Shown here: positions 40,788 through 53,971 of the stretch, piece by piece
Numbering within the stretch: the stretch's first letter is position 1
Layout: every line of letters starts with the position of its first letter
From: Octopus vulgaris
Lineage: Eukaryota
DNA: 64,000 nucleotides
Assembly: GCA_951406725.2 (NCBI GenBank)
Contig: OX597815.1
Span: 208,754,001-208,818,000 of the forward strand
Reading direction: 5' to 3'
Translations under genes and position numbers: made by a program
Notes under the pieces: model-generated
What the model was told of the DNA's origin: nothing
The model's database searches: none
The model's input: the letters and a program-made list of their open reading frames with translations, nothing else

Positions 40788-41182
40788 TTAATCATTGTTA
40801 TCATAATCTTTGATATAACAACTTCTAATTCAGTATTATCTTCTTGATGTTTTTTATTGACCCCTTATTTTCCAATGACAGAAATGAAAATTGGCTTTAT
40901 TGAGTGCTTTACATCTCTTATGTTGTGGGTTACAGTTTAGGGAAACAAAAAACTTGGAGAAGATGATGCCTGGCATTTTGTCATATCTGGCTCCACTACT
41001 TGTTCAATTATTGGTTTTCACAGGAATGGGAGTTAGAATTGTCACCGAAACAGAAAACCTATTTTAGTTAAATTTACTTATTGGCCATCATTAAAAAATG
41101 GTTGGTCATATTTTTACTGCTCAACAATGAAAAAACCCCAAAAATTTTTGACTTGCCAAAAATTTTGAATTATATTCTTAAT

Positions 41183-41465
41183 AGTCCAATTACTAAAATA
41201 AGCAAAAGATAATTTATAATAGAGGATAAAGAAAGAAAGACAGAAGAGTTTTGAGGTTCAGGCAGCAAAGAGGAGCTAAAATAATCCAGTTGGTAACCAG
41301 GCAGCAATTTTTCTCTTGTAATCTCAACAGAAGCAATACAACAAACCTCAAAAGAAATTGTTGAAATTCTAGCGAATGAACACAATTTAGCTTTCTTGGT
41401 ATTTTTGCAGTCTTTTTACACTCAAGATGAGATAGCACAACTGGCGAAACCTTACAAGCATCAAG
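41183..41465 (-). repeat. Long-range inverted repeat, arm 2 (partner 17591-17881)
   Basis: Reverse complement of 17591-17881; both arms give near-identical ORF peptides (LDACKVSPVVLSHLECKK...). Confidence 0.95.
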
Positions 41466-41780
41466 AATATCATTGCAGTTTCTTGCTATTTTTATAATTG
41501 GTTCTTGAGACAATTCAGAAATTTCAGTATCTTGGTGTCATATTCTTAAGTCTTGGAAGGCAGGAGGTTGAATTGGATGCTAAGATTGCTAGCGCTGGCA
41601 TACTAACACATCAGCTCCAACATTCAATCCTCAGAAAAGAGGTTGGTAAAATAGACAAACTTCCTTATTCAGTTTCCATGCCTGTCCTCACATGTGGACA
41701 TGGATATTGGGTAATGACCAAAAGATTATGATTGCGACTACAAGTAACCAAAAAGGGTTTCTTTTCAAAAATCTCTAGAG

Positions 41781-41970
41781 CAGAGGTTCTCAACCTTTTT
41801 GCCCCCCCCCCCTCCCTTCATGGACACATCATATCCCCTTGGTGCCCCAGTTTTTATGTATAAATAAATATTTTATATTTACTAATTTATATATACTATG
41901 AATCATTTATATTTAAAATAATATATAATTTGTATAAAATAGTATAATAATATTAAAATAGTATAATAAT

Positions 41971-42006
<36 letters not shown>

Positions 42007-42213
42007 TGTTTAGCGTCCGTTTTCCATGCTAGCATGGGTTGATAAATTCATAGCGTACCCCCAATTCACTGCCTTCACCCCCAATTCACTGCCTTCCTCC
42101 CAACTTCTCCTTTTTCTCTACCCCCACCACTGCCCCCCTCAGGCACCAATGTCCATCTGGACCGTCTCAATGCCTACGAGGGTAGGGGGGAGCACCCACT
42201 TTGAGAACCTATG
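41781..42213. mobile_element. hAT MITE
   Basis: TIRs cagaggttctcaa / ttgagaacctatg; TSD ctctagag/ctctaggg. Confidence 0.82.
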
Positions 42214-42404
42214 CTCTAGGGTAACATTATTTGACAGGGTATGCAACTTGGTGATCAGGGTGTCTATCCAGTTTGAGTTGCTAGTTTTCTGCATCGAGGG
42301 GTCGCAGCACTAGTTCTACGGACCTGTGATTGAAATGTCACAGGAAAGAAACACAAGACTGATTCTTCAAACCAAGCCAACCTGTAGGAGACCTGGGTGT
42401 AGAC

Positions 42405-42732
42405 CTGAGGTTTTCAACCATTTTTATCTATGAACCCCCGCTTTGTTTACTATTTTTATTCTGGTGAACCCCCATTGCCATTTGATTTTTTAAAGAGTAG
42501 ATTCATACTCTCTTTTCTCTTTTACTCTTTTACTTGTTTCAGTCATTTGACTGTGGCCATGCTGGAGCACCGCCTTTTAGGCGAGCAAATCGACCCCGGG
42601 ACTCATTCTTTGTAAGCCTAGTACTTATTCTATCGGTCTCATTTGCTGAACCGCTAAGTGATGGGGACATAAACACACCAGCATCGGTTGTCAAGCAATG
42701 CTAGGGGGACATACACAGACACACAAACATAC

Positions 42733-42783
<51 letters not shown>

Positions 42784-43144
42784 TACAACAGGCTTCTTTC
42801 AGTTTCCGTCTACCAAATCCACTCACAAGACATTGGTTGGCCCGGGGCTATAGCAGAAGACACTTGCCCAAGATGCCACGCAGTGGGACTGAACCCGGAA
42901 CCATGTGGTTGGTTAGCAAGCTACTTACCACACAGCCACTTTTGGGCCTCATAGATACTTTTTCCATAAAATGTTACAGAAAGAAACCTAACTGATTCTT
43001 GCAATACATACGTCTAAAGCAAAATTTTTTCAGGGGCCCTTAAAATGCTGTTGTGGATTCTCAATTTGTTACTTTGTTGTGTGGACTCCAAAAAATCTTA
43101 TATGGATCCCCAGGAACCATATGGGTCCCAGTTGAGAACCACTG
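42405..43144. mobile_element. hAT MITE containing a SINE A copy
   Basis: TIRs ctgaggttttcaac / gttgagaaccactg; TSD gtgtagac/gtatagac. Confidence 0.78.
42508..42945 (-). mobile_element. SINE family A nested in a hAT MITE
   Basis: Reverse complement of the 8779 element. Confidence 0.92.
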
Positions 43145-43261
43145 GTATAGACCAAGAACAAGATAGTTGGATATATCCATTGTATTATCTCAGTTGGTTT
43201 CGTTTAAGAATCCAAATGGAAAATGTAATGATGGCTACTTCTGGTAGAAGCTTATGAGGAA

Positions 43262-43926
43262 GGTGATGAGTTGGCAGAAACGTTAGCATGCTGGGAGAAA
43301 TGCTTAGCAGTATTTCGTCTGCTGTTACGTTCTGAGTTCAAATTCCAGCAAGGTCAACTTTGCCTTTCATCTTTTCAGAGTCGATAAATTAAGAACCAGT
43401 TACGCACTGGGGTCGACATTAAAACGACTTAATCCGTTTGTCTGTCCTTGTTTGTCCCCTCTGTGTGTAACCCTTTGTGGGCAGTAAAGAAATAAGAAAC
43501 GTTAGCATGCCGGGCGAAATGCTCTGCAGTATTTTGTCTGCTGTTACGTTCGGAGTTCAAATTCCGCCAAGGTCAACTTTGCCTTTCATCCTTTTGAGGT
43601 CGATAAATTAAGTACCAGTTACGCACTGGGGTCGACATAAAAACAACTTAATCCGTTCGTCTGTCCTTGTTTGTCCCCTCTGTGTGTAACCCATTGTGGG
43701 CAGTAAAGAAATAAGAAATGTTAGCATGCAGGGCGAAATGCTTAGCAGTATTTTGTCTGCTGTTACGTTCTGAATTCATATTATGCCGAGGTCGCCTTTG
43801 TCTTTCATCCTAAGTCGATAAATTAAGTACCAGTTACGCACTGGGGTCGATGCAATTGACTTAATCCCTTTGTCTGTCCTCGTTTGTCCCTTCTATGTTT
43901 AGCCCCTTGTGGGCAATAAAGAAATA
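43262..43926 (+). mobile_element. SINE family B, tandem trimer
   Basis: Three ~220-bp units joined at aaagaaata|agaaa(c/t)gttagcatgc. Confidence 0.9.
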
Positions 43927-44241
43927 AGAAGCTTGTGGAGAAGGTGCCTGAAGACTCATACTCTTCGAACCATCTTAGGAATACGGTGGAAAAGAAGTTG
44001 ATTGGATGGTTCATAATAGGACAGGAAAATTAACAAAGGAATCTCTGGTAAAGATGTCTTTGTGGCCTGTTATAAATTACCCAAATATAGACACCATGAC
44101 TGCGGCCACAAAGCAGCTCAGAAATATTCAGTACATTACTTCTATGCATTACCTGTAGTCACTCCTGCATTCTTTATTATTCCTGCTTACATGAAATCAT
44201 CGCACTATCATCAATGCCAGAAGTCATATACACGTGTGTGT

Positions 44242-44285
<44 letters not shown>

Positions 44286-45695
44286 CTGTCTGTCTGTGTG
44301 TGTGTGCCTGTCTGTCTGTGTGTGTGTGCATATATTCCCAATATCACTTTGGATTTCTTAATACTTAATTAACCATTACTAATCAAAAATGTCTCTTATT
44401 GTTTCAGTGGAGATTGCTGGAACCAATTGGGGATTGGCTTTTTGCAAAAGACATTCGGTGACAGCCTCAATGTTCTTACCGATTTCTAGTGATTATTAAG
44501 ATCCTTGCTCCCCCCCCCCCTTCCTTTTACATCCTGTCACTTTTGTTTAGCATTCAGTCAGGAAATCTTCAATATCTTTTGGCACTTCAACAGTTTTATG
44601 CCTATCAAACTTCATCGCTTTTCTTTTATTCCTTCCATCTTTCATTTCCGTTATCATTGAAACATTTTTTTTTTCACTCTTGCCTGTTCAGATTTCTCTG
44701 CAAAGACACTATTCTGTAATCTTATCCCATATTCTATTCTATTCCATTTATTTATTACTATTATTGTTGTTGTTACCGTTATTATTTTTATTGTTCTTCT
44801 TCTTATCATTAACATCATCATCGTTGTTGGTATTATTTTGTATATTTTTACAAAAATTGAGTGAATATGTGACTCCAGTGTGTTTGGTGCTCCATTGTTA
44901 TTGTTATAATTATTGTTGTTGTTGTTACAGCGTTTTGTCAATCTTTACATTCTGAGTTCGAATTTCACTGATGTCAATTTTAGCCTTTCATTCTTTTGAG
45001 ATCGAGTAAATAAGTACCAGTTGTATAATGGGGGTCAATGTAATCGACTCTTTTCCTCCTCCAAATTATCAGGCTTTGTGCTTATAATAGAAGGGAATAT
45101 TATTGTCGTTATTGTTGTCTTTATTATTTTCGGTGCTTTGCAAAAATTGAATGAAGTCGAGTTCAGTGTGTTTGCTTCCGCTACTTCTGCTGCAGCTTCC
45201 GCTACGTCTGCTGCAGCTGCCGCTACTAGTACTGCTACTATTGTCATTATCATTATTAGCAACAGCAGCGTTTCTTTCATTTCTTTACATTCTGGGTTCA
45301 AATTCTGCTGAGGTTGAATTAGCCTTTCATCCTTTAGTGGTCGGTAAAATATAGTACCAGTCATTTACTGGAGTCAATAAAATGGACTAGCCGCCTCACC
45401 TCAAATTTGCTGACCATGTGCATTGAGAGTGCTCTATATAATATGCATGCGGTGCCTAATAGAGCTATTTTCTCCTCATGTGTCCATATTTCACTTTTTG
45501 TTATGTAATCATCTTGATCCGTTTTAATCATTCCTTGGGAATCTATTATTACAGGGACTGGTTCATGTCTGTATTTAATTTATTTTTCCAATTCCCATCG
45601 ATCACATCCAGATAGTGCCTTTTACATGCCACTGGCACAGGAGCCCGTTAGGGGGCACTGGCATTGATCACATTCCGTTAGTGCTTTCTACGTGG

Positions 45696-46344
45696 CAAGG
45701 AAGTCAAAAATTATCCGCACTTTTGGCATAACATGTCTTTATTATTGTCACACTGCCCTCTGTACAAGCATGCTTATACTTGGTATTCTTGTGGTCATGT
45801 GATCAAAATTTGAGCCTGATTGCACCATTTTTCTATCTGGTTTTACAGTGTAAGCATGGCTGCTCCACTAGTAATGTGCACTGAAGAAAAACAGAGCAGT
45901 GATCCGATTTCTTGGAAGATGTGTCATGTGCTGAAATTCATCAAAGGCTTTTACTGCAATGCGGACACAGTGCACTATCACGTAAAAGGGCATATGAGTG
46001 GATCGAGATATTTAAAAGTCGCTGGACAAGTGTGACACACGAAGAGAGAGCAGGACACCCATTAGCCTCTACCACCGATGAGAAAATTCAGCAAGCTTGA
46101 GAGATGGTAATGGAGAAGTAGGCCACCGTTACCATCTCTCGGACCACTGCTCTTTGGTGTACATTGCTAGTGGAGTGACCATGCTTACACTGTAAAGCCA
46201 GAAAGAAAAATGGTGAGATCATGCTCAAACTTCTATCAAGTGACCACAATGGTACCAACTATAAGCATGCATGGACAGAAGGCAGTGTGGTAATGATATA
46301 GATATGTTATTGTGAAAGTGTGGATAATTTTTGACTTCCATTTG
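45696..46344 (+). mobile_element. Foldback mariner derivative
   Basis: TIR ggaagtcaaaaattatccgcac / gtgtggataatttttgacttcc; ~180-bp inverted arms; N-terminal HTH relic AEIHQRL..YEWIEIFKS..TSVTHEERAGHP. Confidence 0.85.
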
Positions 46345-47137
46345 TATATATATGTATACACTTATGCACACATATGCACTCAGATTTTTATGTGTGCACA
46401 GGCAATCTCTACAGAGACTATATTTAATTTGGACGTGTTAAATATAATTATAAATTCATGTATTTCAATCAACACTACTTCAAGTACTGCTAGTTAATTA
46501 ATTCCAGCTTGACTAAGCTGTGTGCACATCAACAATTGTACTAGTTGTTGCTTAATTACTAGAACAGCTGTTGTTAAGTGGGCTATAAAGGACAGATTTG
46601 ACGTCTGTTGCTGATGAAGTGCAATGATGAAGAAATGCATGTGTTGTATAGTCTGATTACATTTGCCTAGGACCATCGTTGTGTTTTCAAAATATATGGT
46701 CCACAAAGAAAATTGTTTTCCCCAAACAGTTTCTGCTGCAAAAGTCCTTCCATGTCCGAATATGTACAAACATGTTAAATATAAGTGTACACACATATAT
46801 ATTCTAATCAATGTTGCTTCAGGCTTGTCTAGTTAATAGACTTATTACCTTCATCATTCAAAGTCCATTCTCCATGCTGGCATGAGTTAGACGGTTTGGC
46901 TGGAGGTGGAGAGCTGCACCAAGCCCCAGCCATCTGTTTTCACTTGGTTCCTACAACTGGATGCTTTTCCTAATGCCAACTATTTTATAGAGTATGCATA
47001 CGGATCATCATTTACAGCATTTACAGGTCTGTCTGTAGAGTAATTCTCTTACTTCGTCCCTATATCTTATAATGTAATACTAATGTTTTAAAATCATTCC
47101 CACGTGTTATTCTTATCAATTACTATTATTATTAGTA

Positions 47138-47393
47138 AAGTGGTGAGCTTGCAGATTTGTTAGCACACTGGGTGAAATGCTTAGCGGCATTTCTCCCATC
47201 GCTATGTTCTGAGTTCAAATTCCACTGGGGTCAACTTTGCCTTTCATCCTTTTGGATGTCGATAAAATAAGCAGCAGTGAGATACTGGGGTCGATGTAAT
47301 CAATTAGTCCTCTCCCCCAAAATGGCTGCCCTTGTGGCAAAATTTGAAACCTTTGTTGTTGTCGTCGTCATCATCATCATCATCATCATCATC

Positions 47394-47427
<34 letters not shown>

Positions 47428-47650
47428 TAATTATCAAGGCAGCAAGCTGGCAGATTCGTTAGTACTCTTGGCAAAATACTTAGCGGTATTTCACCCGTCA
47501 CTACGTTCTAAGTTCAAATTCTGCTGAGGCCAACTTTGCCTTTCATCCTTTCTAGGTCATTAAGATATGTACCAGTTGAATGCAGGGTGGGGGATATAAT
47601 CAACTCATCCTCACCTCCCCCAAGCTGCCCTAGTGGTAAAAATTTGAAAT
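47138..47650 (+). mobile_element. Two older SINE B copies separated by (CAT)n/(AAT)n
   Basis: gttcaaatt B box and gcctttcatccttt in both. Confidence 0.8.
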
Positions 47651-47814
47651 AATAATAGCAATAATAATTATTATTTACTTTTAATCTGCATGTTTGTTGG
47701 GTTTTTCTAAGGATGCAGGCAATACTTGTCAGCACAATCTTTGGGATTTCTCTGAGACATGGTTCTCCTGGGATATTATTATTATTGTTATTGTTATCAT
47801 TATTATTATCATTT

Positions 47815-48208
47815 CTCTTTTACTCATTTACTTGTTTCAGTCATTTGACTGTGGCCATGCTGGAGCACCGCCTTTTAGTCGAGCAAATCGACCCCAGGAC
47901 TTATTCTTTGTAAGCCTAGTACTTATCCTATCGGTCTCTGTTGCCGAACTGCTAAGTAACGGGGATGTAAACACACCAGCATCGGTTGTCAAGCAATGTT
48001 GGGGAGATGAACACAGACACATAAACACACACACACATATATATACGACGGGCTTCTTTCAGTTTCCCTCTACTAAGTCCACTCACAAGGCTTTGGTCGG
48101 CCCGAGGCTATAGTAGAAGACACTTGCCCAAGGTGCCACGCAGTGGGACTGAACCCGGAACTGTGTGGTTGGTAAGCAAGTTACTTACCACACAGCCACT
48201 CCTGCACC
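47815..48208 (-). mobile_element. SINE family A
   Basis: Reverse complement of the 8779 element. Confidence 0.92.
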
Positions 48209-48211
48209 TTA

Positions 48212-48990
48212 TTGTTTACTTTTAATCTGTATGTATGTTGCAATCACTTGCTGAGACACCCCCAGTGTCCTAGGGTGAGTAGGGATAAGAGATGTTACAG
48301 TATGACTGAAAGCTTGGGGAGGGGAAGTAGCGAAATATTTTCTAGTAATACAACACAGACATTTAAATTGATAGGATTTTTCTAAGTATGTGGGCAGTTC
48401 TTGTCAGCACAATATTTTGGATTCTCTGAGACATGGTTCCCTTGGAATATTACCTAGATGTTTCTGACATCCCTTTCTTATCACGCCTAGGGCACCTGCG
48501 CTTACAGAAACAGTTCTTGCTTGAAGATGCCACATGTTTTGTATTTCAATTTCCAGGTTTTTATATTTACTTAATTTATCAAATTCCTTTACAAATATAT
48601 TTTTTATCAGTGGGAACACTTACATCTATTAGTCTACAAGTATTTTCTTCCCCATCTATAATGACTATGTCTAGTAAATTAGCCTGGATTGTTCTGTCAG
48701 TGTCGACTGGAAAATCCCACAGGATAGGGACAATTTAACCATTAATGACTGAGTCAGCATGATGTACATACCAGTAAGCAGGAGTGCTGATTTTGTAGTG
48801 TTTAAATATTTTCCAATGGCAATCTTTGTATCAATTTGGTGTCAGCACAGGACATCTTGAGATGAGAAGGTCTATTTTTTCATCAAACTTATTGCAGAAT
48901 CTGCATTTAGGGTCAGAACCATTTTGAATAATATTAGCCTGGTAGCTTTTTGGTAAGCAAGCTTTGATCTTATGCTGCTAATATGAAACA
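48212..48990 (-). mobile_element. R4/Dong-type LINE 3' fragment (zinc knuckle + restriction-like endonuclease)
   Basis: CRFC..IDLLISRCPVL; ILWDFPVDTDRTIQAN..DIVIID..LIDVSVP..KEFDKLSKYKNLEIEI..MW..GALG; abuts an (ATT)n tract; short relative at 47670-47775. Confidence 0.88.
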
Positions 48991-49993
48991 GTTTTATCAT
49001 CATTATCATCATCATTATTATTATTATTATTATTATTATCATTTTCATACACTCTCAACAGATTAGACTGTTGGAAAAGAAAGAATCCTAACATCAGGTT
49101 ACAACAAGTAGCCTTAGATGCCACGAACCCCCCTGTAGTAGCTTTTATTATTGTCATCATCATCATCATCATCATTTATTACTATTACTATCATCATCAT
49201 TTTTTTTATCATTGTTTTTATTTATTTCTGTATTTATGTAGTCCACATACTTCATTCTTCATCTTCATATGGTTATCCACAACACGACTCCCAAACCGTT
49301 GCATATTAATGCTCTGCTATGTTGGTTTAGATTCCATTGTTACTTAATCTCAAATATAATAGACTATGTTCTACATTCCTCTGCTCTGCTTTTATAGATT
49401 TTTCTCTTCTCCTCTTGTTCACCTCTCCTCTCTCTCTCTTCTGTTTTTACCTTACATATCCTACTTCTTGGACTGTCACCTACATTACACCCTGTATAAT
49501 TGTTTTGCTTTGCTGTTTCGCCCCCATTATCTAACATCCAAGCCACTACTTATGTAAAACTCATCATAGCTGCTATCTTCTCTGACATATTTCATCTTTT
49601 AGTTCGCTTTATCTGTTTATGTCTGTTTCTTATCTGTTTATGGTTTGGATTATCTGTTTATAATTTATCTTCATTTAGAATGAAAAGAAAACCACAACAA
49701 AATCAAAGGAAAAGTGAACGTTGTGAATTCAACCCTTTTACTACAGAAATCAGATATATCCACTCAAAATTTCACTACCCTTTACTCTGGAAAGCAGTTT
49801 TATATTCTAATCTATCCTTTGTTGATGAATGTCATGTTTGGAACTGTTTTCTATTGAGATATGTCAAGTTTTTTGTGGCAGCGTGATTTAGCAGTTCTAC
49901 TTTTTTGGAGGATATATATTTAGCCTCATTGCTGGAATGACCATGAAATTTAATTTCGCTGTGAATTGATTAAAGAAATTAGTGAATAATTAA

Positions 49994-50592
49994 GGTGGCG
50001 AGCTGGCAGAAATGTCATCACGCCAGGTGAAATGCCTCGTGGTAATTCGTCTGTCTTTATGTTCTGAGTTCAAATTCCGCCGAGGTCGACTTTGCCTTTC
50101 ATCCTTTCGGGGTCGATAAATTAAGTACTAGTTACGCACTGGGGTCGATGTAATCGACTTAATCCGTCTATCTGTCCTTGTTTGTCCTCTCTGTGTTTAG
50201 CCCCTTGTGGGTAGTAATGAAACAGGTATTTTGTCTGTCTTTATGTTCTGAATTCAAATTCCGCCGAGGTCAACTTTGCCTTTCATCCTTTCGGGGTCGA
50301 TAAATTAAGTACTAGTTATGCACTGGGGTCGATGTAATCGACTTAATCCGTCTATCTGTCCTTGTTTGTCCTCTCTATGTTTAGCCCCTTGTGGGTAGTA
50401 AAGAAATAGGTATTTTGTCTGTCTTTATGTTCTGAATTCAAATTCCGCCGAGGTCAACTTTGCCTTTCCTCCTTTCGGGGTCGATAAATTAAGTACCAGT
50501 TACGCACTGCAGTCGATGTAATCGACTTAATCCCTTTGTCTGTCCTTGTTTGTCCTCTCTATGTTCAGCCCCTTGTGGGCAATAGAGAAATA
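49994..50592 (+). mobile_element. SINE family B, tandem trimer
   Basis: Units restart at ggtattttgtctg after the tail (~184-bp period). Confidence 0.92.
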
Positions 50593-51214
50593 ACAAATTA
50601 GTGAATAATTCTGGGGGGCACCTTTTTGTCCTTTACTCGTTTCAGTCATTGAACTGCAGCCATGCTAGGGTGCCACCTTGAGGGGTTTTAGTTAAACTAA
50701 TCAATCTCTCAATTTATAGTTTCTTTAAGACTGCTATTTATTCTATTGTTCCATTTTGTTGGACTGCTAGATCTCGAGGAACATAACCAAACCAACACCA
50801 ACACCAGTTGTCAAGCTGTGTCAGGGCTGTGGTGGTAGTGACAAACACAGACACAGTGCCACACATATATGAATATGGGTATATTCATATAACTAAACAA
50901 CCAGTGCTAGATGGGTTGGGTATATCTTATTCAGGTTTTTTTTTTATCTCCAATTGACTCATTTCTTCAATATGAATTTGTACATTTGCACTTGCTGGTT
51001 TTGCTTGATGTCAGAGATATTTAATAATTCAGTTCTTAGTATCATAAAGAGGGCAAGACTCATAGTGTAACCCTTTTCTCATCTTATCCTGTTTAGAAAA
51101 CTGTCTCTCTTCAGATACTCTGTAAAATAATGAAGAATTTAGCAAAATAACTTTGTCACTATCAAGCCGGTGCATGGGACATATATTAACAGGAAATTTT
51201 CATGGAAGGTAGTT

Positions 51215-51433
51215 GTTGCCAGTGCTGCCTGACTGGCACCCATGCTGGAGGTATGTAAAAAGCGCTCTTTACACTCTCAGATTGGTTGGCATTAGGAAAG
51301 ACATCCAACTGTAGAAACCTTGCCAGATGAGATTGGAGCCTGGTGCAGCCACCTGGCTTGCCAGTCCTCAATCAAACCATCCAACCCATGCCAGCATGGA
51401 AAGCAGATGTTAAACAACAATGATGATGATGAT
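51215..51433 (+). mobile_element. Family C (RTE 3' end), diverged
   Basis: ccaacccatgccagcatggaaa..(GAT)n. Confidence 0.8.
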
Positions 51434-51674
51434 CCGATCTAAATTAACCCTTTAGCATTTAGATTTCTTTGACCAGTTTATTGCTTACTTATTACACATT
51501 GTTTTGATATAATCAGGTATTATCTTGCAGCTTCAATATTACAATAATGTGATTGTTAATTTTTAGAATGATATTGTACTGTAGGTGTCAGAGGTTGGAT
51601 CTGGTCAGATTTAACTTAAAACAAGTAAAACATTTTGGCCACGTATAGCTGGTTTAAAAGTGTAAAATGTGAAG

Positions 51675-51930
51675 TAAAGTTTCCTTTTGGAATCATAGCG
51701 ACTCATAAGGGCTGATTTCCCAGTTTCCATGGCATATTCTCCTGCCACCTGGATGGTACGTCAGTCTGTCACAAGATTACTTAATTTTGCCGGCTGAGTT
51801 GACTGGAGCAACATGAAATGAAGTGTTTTGTTTTGCTCAAGAACACAATGCAACGCCTGGTTCAGGATTTGAAACCACAATCTTACAATCATGAGTCCAA
51901 CACCTTAACCACTAAGCCATGTGCTTCCAC
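51675..51930 (-). mobile_element. tRNA-derived SINE with a family D-like head and a different tail
   Basis: Minus strand tggcttagtggttaagg A box and gtgttcttgagcaa core. Confidence 0.7.
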
Positions 51931-52631
51931 TGTGGTGTATGTAAGACCTCACTATTCAGTCTGTTCTTCATTAGTGAAAGTACGATTTGAAAGTAAGTAG
52001 GCTGCTATTTCTAGTGGTACATACAACTTATCAAGGGCCTCCTTGGTTGACTTGAATTACTATTGGTTTAGTCTGATGGTGGTAATGGGAGTTGGTGTTG
52101 GTATAGGTCCTGGTGGTGGTCGTGGTAGGCTTCATATTACTGCCGCTTTGTGGTCATTGTCATTGTAAAGGTATTGCATTGTGGTCAGTAATAGCATTTC
52201 CTGTTAGACTACTGCTGTATAAAGTGGTGGTGGTGGTGGTGGTGGTGGCGGAGGTTGAAGTAGCAGCAGCAGCAGCAGTGTTTGTTGAAATTCTGCATAG
52301 TGTTGGCGGTAGTGGTTGTTACGTTATTACATTGAAGCACACAGTTGCTGTAGTTGTTGCAATGTTGCTGCACAATTGCTGTAGTATAGCTGTCTGAGAG
52401 TATATAGCTGCATATTGGAATTCGGTTGTTGTTGTTGTTGTTGCATTATTCAATAGTTATAGTAGTAAATTGATCAAGTATTGATTAGTAGTAGAGAGAG
52501 ACTTGGTAGAGAGTAAATATGTGTATGGTGCAGTTAAATACTGGTAGTTGTGGCTGTAGTGTAATACGATAAACCTCAACGGTAACATTTCATGTTAGTA
52601 CTAAAGTATGTTTTTTTGTATGTGTGTGTGT

Positions 52632-52825
52632 ACTCTTCTACTTGTTTCAGTCATTTGACTGTGGCCATGCTGGAGCACCGCCTTTAGTTGAGCAAATCGA
52701 CCCCAGAACTTATTCTTTGTAAGCCCAGTACTTATTCTATCGGTCGCTTTTGCTGAACCGCTAGGTGACGGCGACGTAAACACACCAGCATCGGTTGTCA
52801 AGCAATGCTAGGGGGACAAACACAG

Positions 52826-52878
<53 letters not shown>

Positions 52879-53028
52879 CATATATACGACGGGCTTCTTT
52901 CAGTTTACGTCTACCAAATCCACTCACAAGGCTTTGGTTGGCCCGAGGCTATAGTAGAAGACACTTGCCCAAGATGCCATACATGTGGTTGGTAAGCAAG
53001 CTACTTACCACACAGCCACTCCTGCACC
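52632..53028 (-). mobile_element. SINE family A
   Basis: Reverse complement of the 8779 element. Confidence 0.92.
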
Positions 53029-53479
53029 TATGTATGTCTATGTATGTAGAATATATTGATGATAGATGCAAGTATGGTTAAGATGCTTGCTTCTCAACCT
53101 TGGCCATATCTCCTCTACTATAGCCCTAAGCCTCTTGAGCGAATTTGATACATGGAAACTGAATGAAGCCCATTGCGTATTTTTTATCCATGTGGCTTAG
53201 TGATGAAGCTTTTGCACTCAAGGGTTAGATTGTGGGGTTTGACTCCTGGATCGTGTGAGTGATTTCGTATTTTCCTTGTTGCTTGCTGGTTATAAATAAT
53301 GATTTTGCTCACAACGTCCTTTTCTTGTAGTACTCTATGAATGCAGTTTGGGGTTCCTTGTTATGTTTGGATATGTTGTGCAATCTTTGCAAATGCAGAA
53401 GCGAATTTTGGTTTCATTTGTCTCCAGTTCTCCATGTAAGCAAATCCAGATTGTATCTTGTCTATTTCTCTGGAAGATA

Positions 53480-53926
53480 TTTACATTATTTACATTTAAC
53501 CACTATGCCATATGCCCACGGGCATGTGGCATAGCGCTTAAGAGTGCAGGCTGCAAACTCCAAGATTCTGAGTTTGGTTCCAAGCCGTGACCTGAACAAT
53601 AACAATAACAATAATAATAATGATAATATTAATAACTCAGATACTCAGATACCCCAAAATGGCAGAAATTCAAAAGATAGTGCTCATGGGAACTGCTCAT
53701 ATCATACGCAAAATACTCTCTATGTAATCCCAAGGCTTAAAACAAATTTTTTTTTTTTTTAAATTTATGTATTAGACATTCACTAGTACAACACCAAAAA
53801 ACCCCCCCCCAAATATATGGCACACTAGGCATAACAACAACATGAACTTCCAACCTGTTGTCTCTTGAGGTCTCTGGGTGAGACTTGGAGCCAACTTGTA
53901 CAGACATAAAGCAAAAGTCAAACATA

Positions 53927-53971
<45 letters not shown>

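Larger units (their letters stand above)
41500..43260 (+). mobile_element. Degenerate RTE (Rex3/Expander-like) C-terminal region split by two hAT MITEs
   Basis: KFQYLGVIF..ELDAKIASA..PVLTCGHGYWVMTKRL..[MITE]RVTLFDRV..IEGSQH..[MITE]RPRTR. Confidence 0.75.

Noticed and set aside
41298-41497. Protein-like frame ISTEAIQQTSKEIVEILANEHNLAF.. in the inverted-repeat arm
   Set aside because: In-frame stops upstream, no start codon or clear splice sites, and no recognisable domain
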